Shown in pieces: positions 60,196 to 64,000 of a stretch of 64,000 bases of DNA. Under the pieces are notes generated by a model. That model did no database searches and was not told the origin of the DNA. It saw nothing but the letters and a program-made list of their open reading frames with translations. Each line of letters opens with the position of its first letter. Positions within the stretch are counted from its first letter, which is position 1. Position numbers and translations under genes: made by a program. The stretch comes from an uncultured Lentisphaeraceae bacterium (GTDB taxonomy: Bacteria; Verrucomicrobiota; Kiritimatiellia; RFP12; UBA1067), in NCBI GenBank assembly GCA_964636295.1, contig CAZWQY010000001.1, forward strand, positions 16,092-80,091, given 5' to 3'.

Positions 60196-60546
60196 ATGAA
60201 TCCGCCAAGACAAGTATGCACACGAAAGTTCGATGCCATGAGCAGGAGAAAGCATGCCATAAGGCGCGACGCGGGGCGACACCTCACGGACCAGCAGCGC
60301 GAGATCCTCGGCAGGGCCTTCAAGGCCAGGGTGTACGACACGCGGGCCTACGCCTCGTACGAGAAGGGGGCCGTCGAAAACTGCAACCGCATCATCAGGA
60401 GGTGGTTCCCGAAGGGGACGGACTTCTCGAAGGTCCCGCGCGAGGACGTCCTCGCGGTCGAGGCCATCGTCAACACAATCCACAGACGCTCGCTGAAAGG
60501 AGAGACCGCATATGCCTGCGATTCACGTTTGGCCCAGACACATTAA
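60196..60546 (+). pseudogene. IS30-family transposase remnant (C-terminal ~100 residues only)
   Basis: AYASYEKGAVENCNRIIRRWFPKGTDFSKV aligns by eye with the IS30 motif [28 protein letters not shown]. The N-terminal HTH and the first two DDE aspartates are absent, and local GC looks lower. Confidence 0.7.
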
Positions 60547-60608
60547 GGAGTTTTTGCTGACCCACCCCCTTTACAGGTCACCGGCATCTCCACCTTTCGC
60601 CCCAAATA

Positions 60609-60617
60609 TGATATAGT
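60609..60617 (+). promoter_or_regulatory. extended -10-like box TGATATAGT giving a (near-)leaderless XylR-type regulator mRNA
   Basis: The plus strand reads AAATATGATATAGTTCCATTCAATG. Eight nt separate the hexamer from the ATG at 60626, and there is no SD. Confidence 0.45.
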
Positions 60618-60625
60618 TCCATTCA

Positions 60626-61771
60626 ATGGACATCATCCTCTTCTTCCAATCCTCGTTCCAGAAAAGCTGGCGGCTCAAGCTCAGCGGCGCCTATCGCTTC
60701 GCGCAGGAACACGACTGGTTCCTGCAAGTCGTGGACGGGCACTCGTCCGTCCGCGAAATCCGCCGTGCCCTCTTGAACTGGCGCCCGGCGGGCTGCCTCG
60801 TCGATCGCGCGCTCGCGCGCGGCGCCGCCCCCGATCGTCTCTTCGGCGACCTGCCGACCGTCTACCTGGATCAGCGCCCGACGCGCACGGCCTGCCGCCA
60901 TCCCTGTCTCCTCCACGACTCCGCAAGCGAAGTGCGCCTCGCGGGCGAAGAGCTCCTCCGTCTCGACTGCGCCTCCTACGCCTTTCTCGGATTCGAGCGC
61001 GGCTACTTCTGGGAGGAGGAGCGCAAAAACGCCTTCCGCCGCCTCTGCGCCGCCGCCGGGAAGAAGATGACCGTCCTCCGCCGCACGCAACTCGCCGCGT
61101 CCCTCGCCGCCTTGCCGAAGCCGTGCGGCATCCTCGCGACGAACGACAGTTGCGCCAGCGACATCTGGCCGGCCGCCGCCTCGCTTGGCCTCGCCATTCC
61201 GGACGACATCGCCGTCGCGGGCATCGACAACGACGAACTCTTCTGCGAATCCGTCTCGCCCGGCCTCACGAGCGCCGAACCCGACTTCGAGGGCGCGGGC
61301 TATGCGCTCGCGCAGCTGCTGGCGAACGAAATCGACCGTGTCCGGCGCGGCGAACGGCAAGCCGTCCCCGCGCCCATCGCGCACTACGGCGCGCGCCGAC
61401 TCGTCCGACGCGGCAGCACCCAGGTGCTGGCGGGCGGAAACGATCCACGCGTCATCCGCGCGCTCGACTTCATTCGCCGACACGCCCTTCAACGCGGGCT
61501 CTCGACGGACGACGTCGTCGCGGCCATGGGCTGCTCGCGACGGCTCGCGACCGCGAGTTTCCGCAAGGCCGTCGGACACACGATCCTCGACGAGATCCAC
61601 GCACAGCGGTTCGACGAAGTGCTGCGGCTTCTCAGCAACCCACACCAGCAGATCGAGCCGATCGCCAGCCGCTGCGGCTACGGCGCCCCGTCCTTCCTCA
61701 AGCGGCTCTTCAAGAAACGCACGGGCCTGTCCATGCGCGCCTGGCGAAAGCAAAACCGCGTCGGCGAATAG
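60626..61771 (+). CDS. XylR-type transcriptional regulator (periplasmic-binding-protein-like sugar sensor domain plus AraC-type HTH)
   Basis: 381 aa. The LacI/PBP1-like core reads GILATNDSCASD..LAIPDDIAVAGIDND. The C-terminal AraC HTH reads IRALDFIRRHA...IEPIASRCGYGAPSFLKRLFKKRTGLSMRAWR. Confidence 0.75.
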   Translation: MDIILFFQSSFQKSWRLKLSGAYRFAQEHDWFLQVVDGHSSVREIRRALLNWRPAGCLVDRALARGAAPDRLFGDLPTVYLDQRPTRTACRHPCLLHDSASEVRLAGEELLRLDCASYAFLGFERGYFWEEERKNAFRRLCAAAGKKMTVLRRTQLAASLAALPKPCGILATNDSCASDIWPAAASLGLAIPDDIAVAGIDNDELFCESVSPGLTSAEPDFEGAGYALAQLLANEIDRVRRGERQAVPAPIAHYGARRLVRRGSTQVLAGGNDPRVIRALDFIRRHALQRGLSTDDVVAAMGCSRRLATASFRKAVGHTILDEIHAQRFDEVLRLLSNPHQQIEPIASRCGYGAPSFLKRLFKKRTGLSMRAWRKQNRVGE

Positions 61772-61814
61772 CCGACGCGGCAATTGCCCGAAGGGCTTTT
61801 GTGGGAAAGCCCTT
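61756..61814. terminator. two GC-rich hairpins between the convergent XylR-type gene and ppdK
   Basis: The first hairpin is CCGCGTCGGC-GAATA-GCCGACGCGG (61756-61780, spanning the TAG stop). The second is AAGGGCTTT-TGTGGG-AAAGCCCTT (61791-61814, 4 nt past the ppdK stop codon). Neither has a clear U-tract. Confidence 0.5.
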
Positions 61815-61818
61815 GCGC

Positions 61819-64000
<2,182 letters not shown>

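Overview
All calls below come from reading the sequence and ORF track by eye. No database search was run, and every family call rests on recognised motifs.

This is a GC-rich window, roughly two-thirds G+C by eye. It is densely coding and almost entirely transcribed on the minus strand. It reads like the core chromosome of a diderm bacterium. The prepilin-like proteins, LamG/beta-helix giant glycosidases and fucose/galactose genes suggest a PVC-type glycan degrader such as Kiritimatiellota or Lentisphaerota; that placement is inference only.

**Housekeeping genes recognised from motifs:**
- Nucleotide, tRNA and replication functions: dut (partial), purL, queE, aspS, serS, rsmA, dnaB, nfo, tRNA-Arg(CCT).
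- Envelope: a PpiD-like chaperone, lpxD, skp, bamA, an LptF/G-type permease.
- Other: glgB, ppdK (partial), a nifU-DUF1846-mtaB operon, and a clpB that lacks the N-terminal domain.

**Sugar genes:**
- Galactose/glucose: a GluP-type MFS transporter, galK and galM.
- Fucose: fucO, a YeaD-type epimerase and fucP.
- A glycan-utilisation locus at 43-62 kb: a 563-aa unknown, an enolase-superfamily dehydratase, a GH10-like protein, an RraA/HMG-aldolase-like protein, a 2537-aa multi-module glycosidase, a 1160-aa LamG/CBM surface protein, an IS30 remnant and an XylR-type regulator.

**Non-coding signals that stand out against the GC background:**
- A recurring TGGTATAAT extended -10 box sits in front of about a dozen transcription units. 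Four of these units look leaderless or nearly so.
- A textbook sigma54 promoter precedes clpB.
- Four copies of a ~50-bp tandem repeat lie upstream of an uncharacterised leaderless operon (two double-GYF paralogues, an unknown protein, an LptF/G permease).
- A 7-copy octanucleotide array full of overlapping mini-ORFs sits in front of the GH10 gene.
- The same short C-rich element appears to be inserted in frame into both rsmA and nfo.

I saw no CRISPR array, rRNA, prophage or recognisable defence system.
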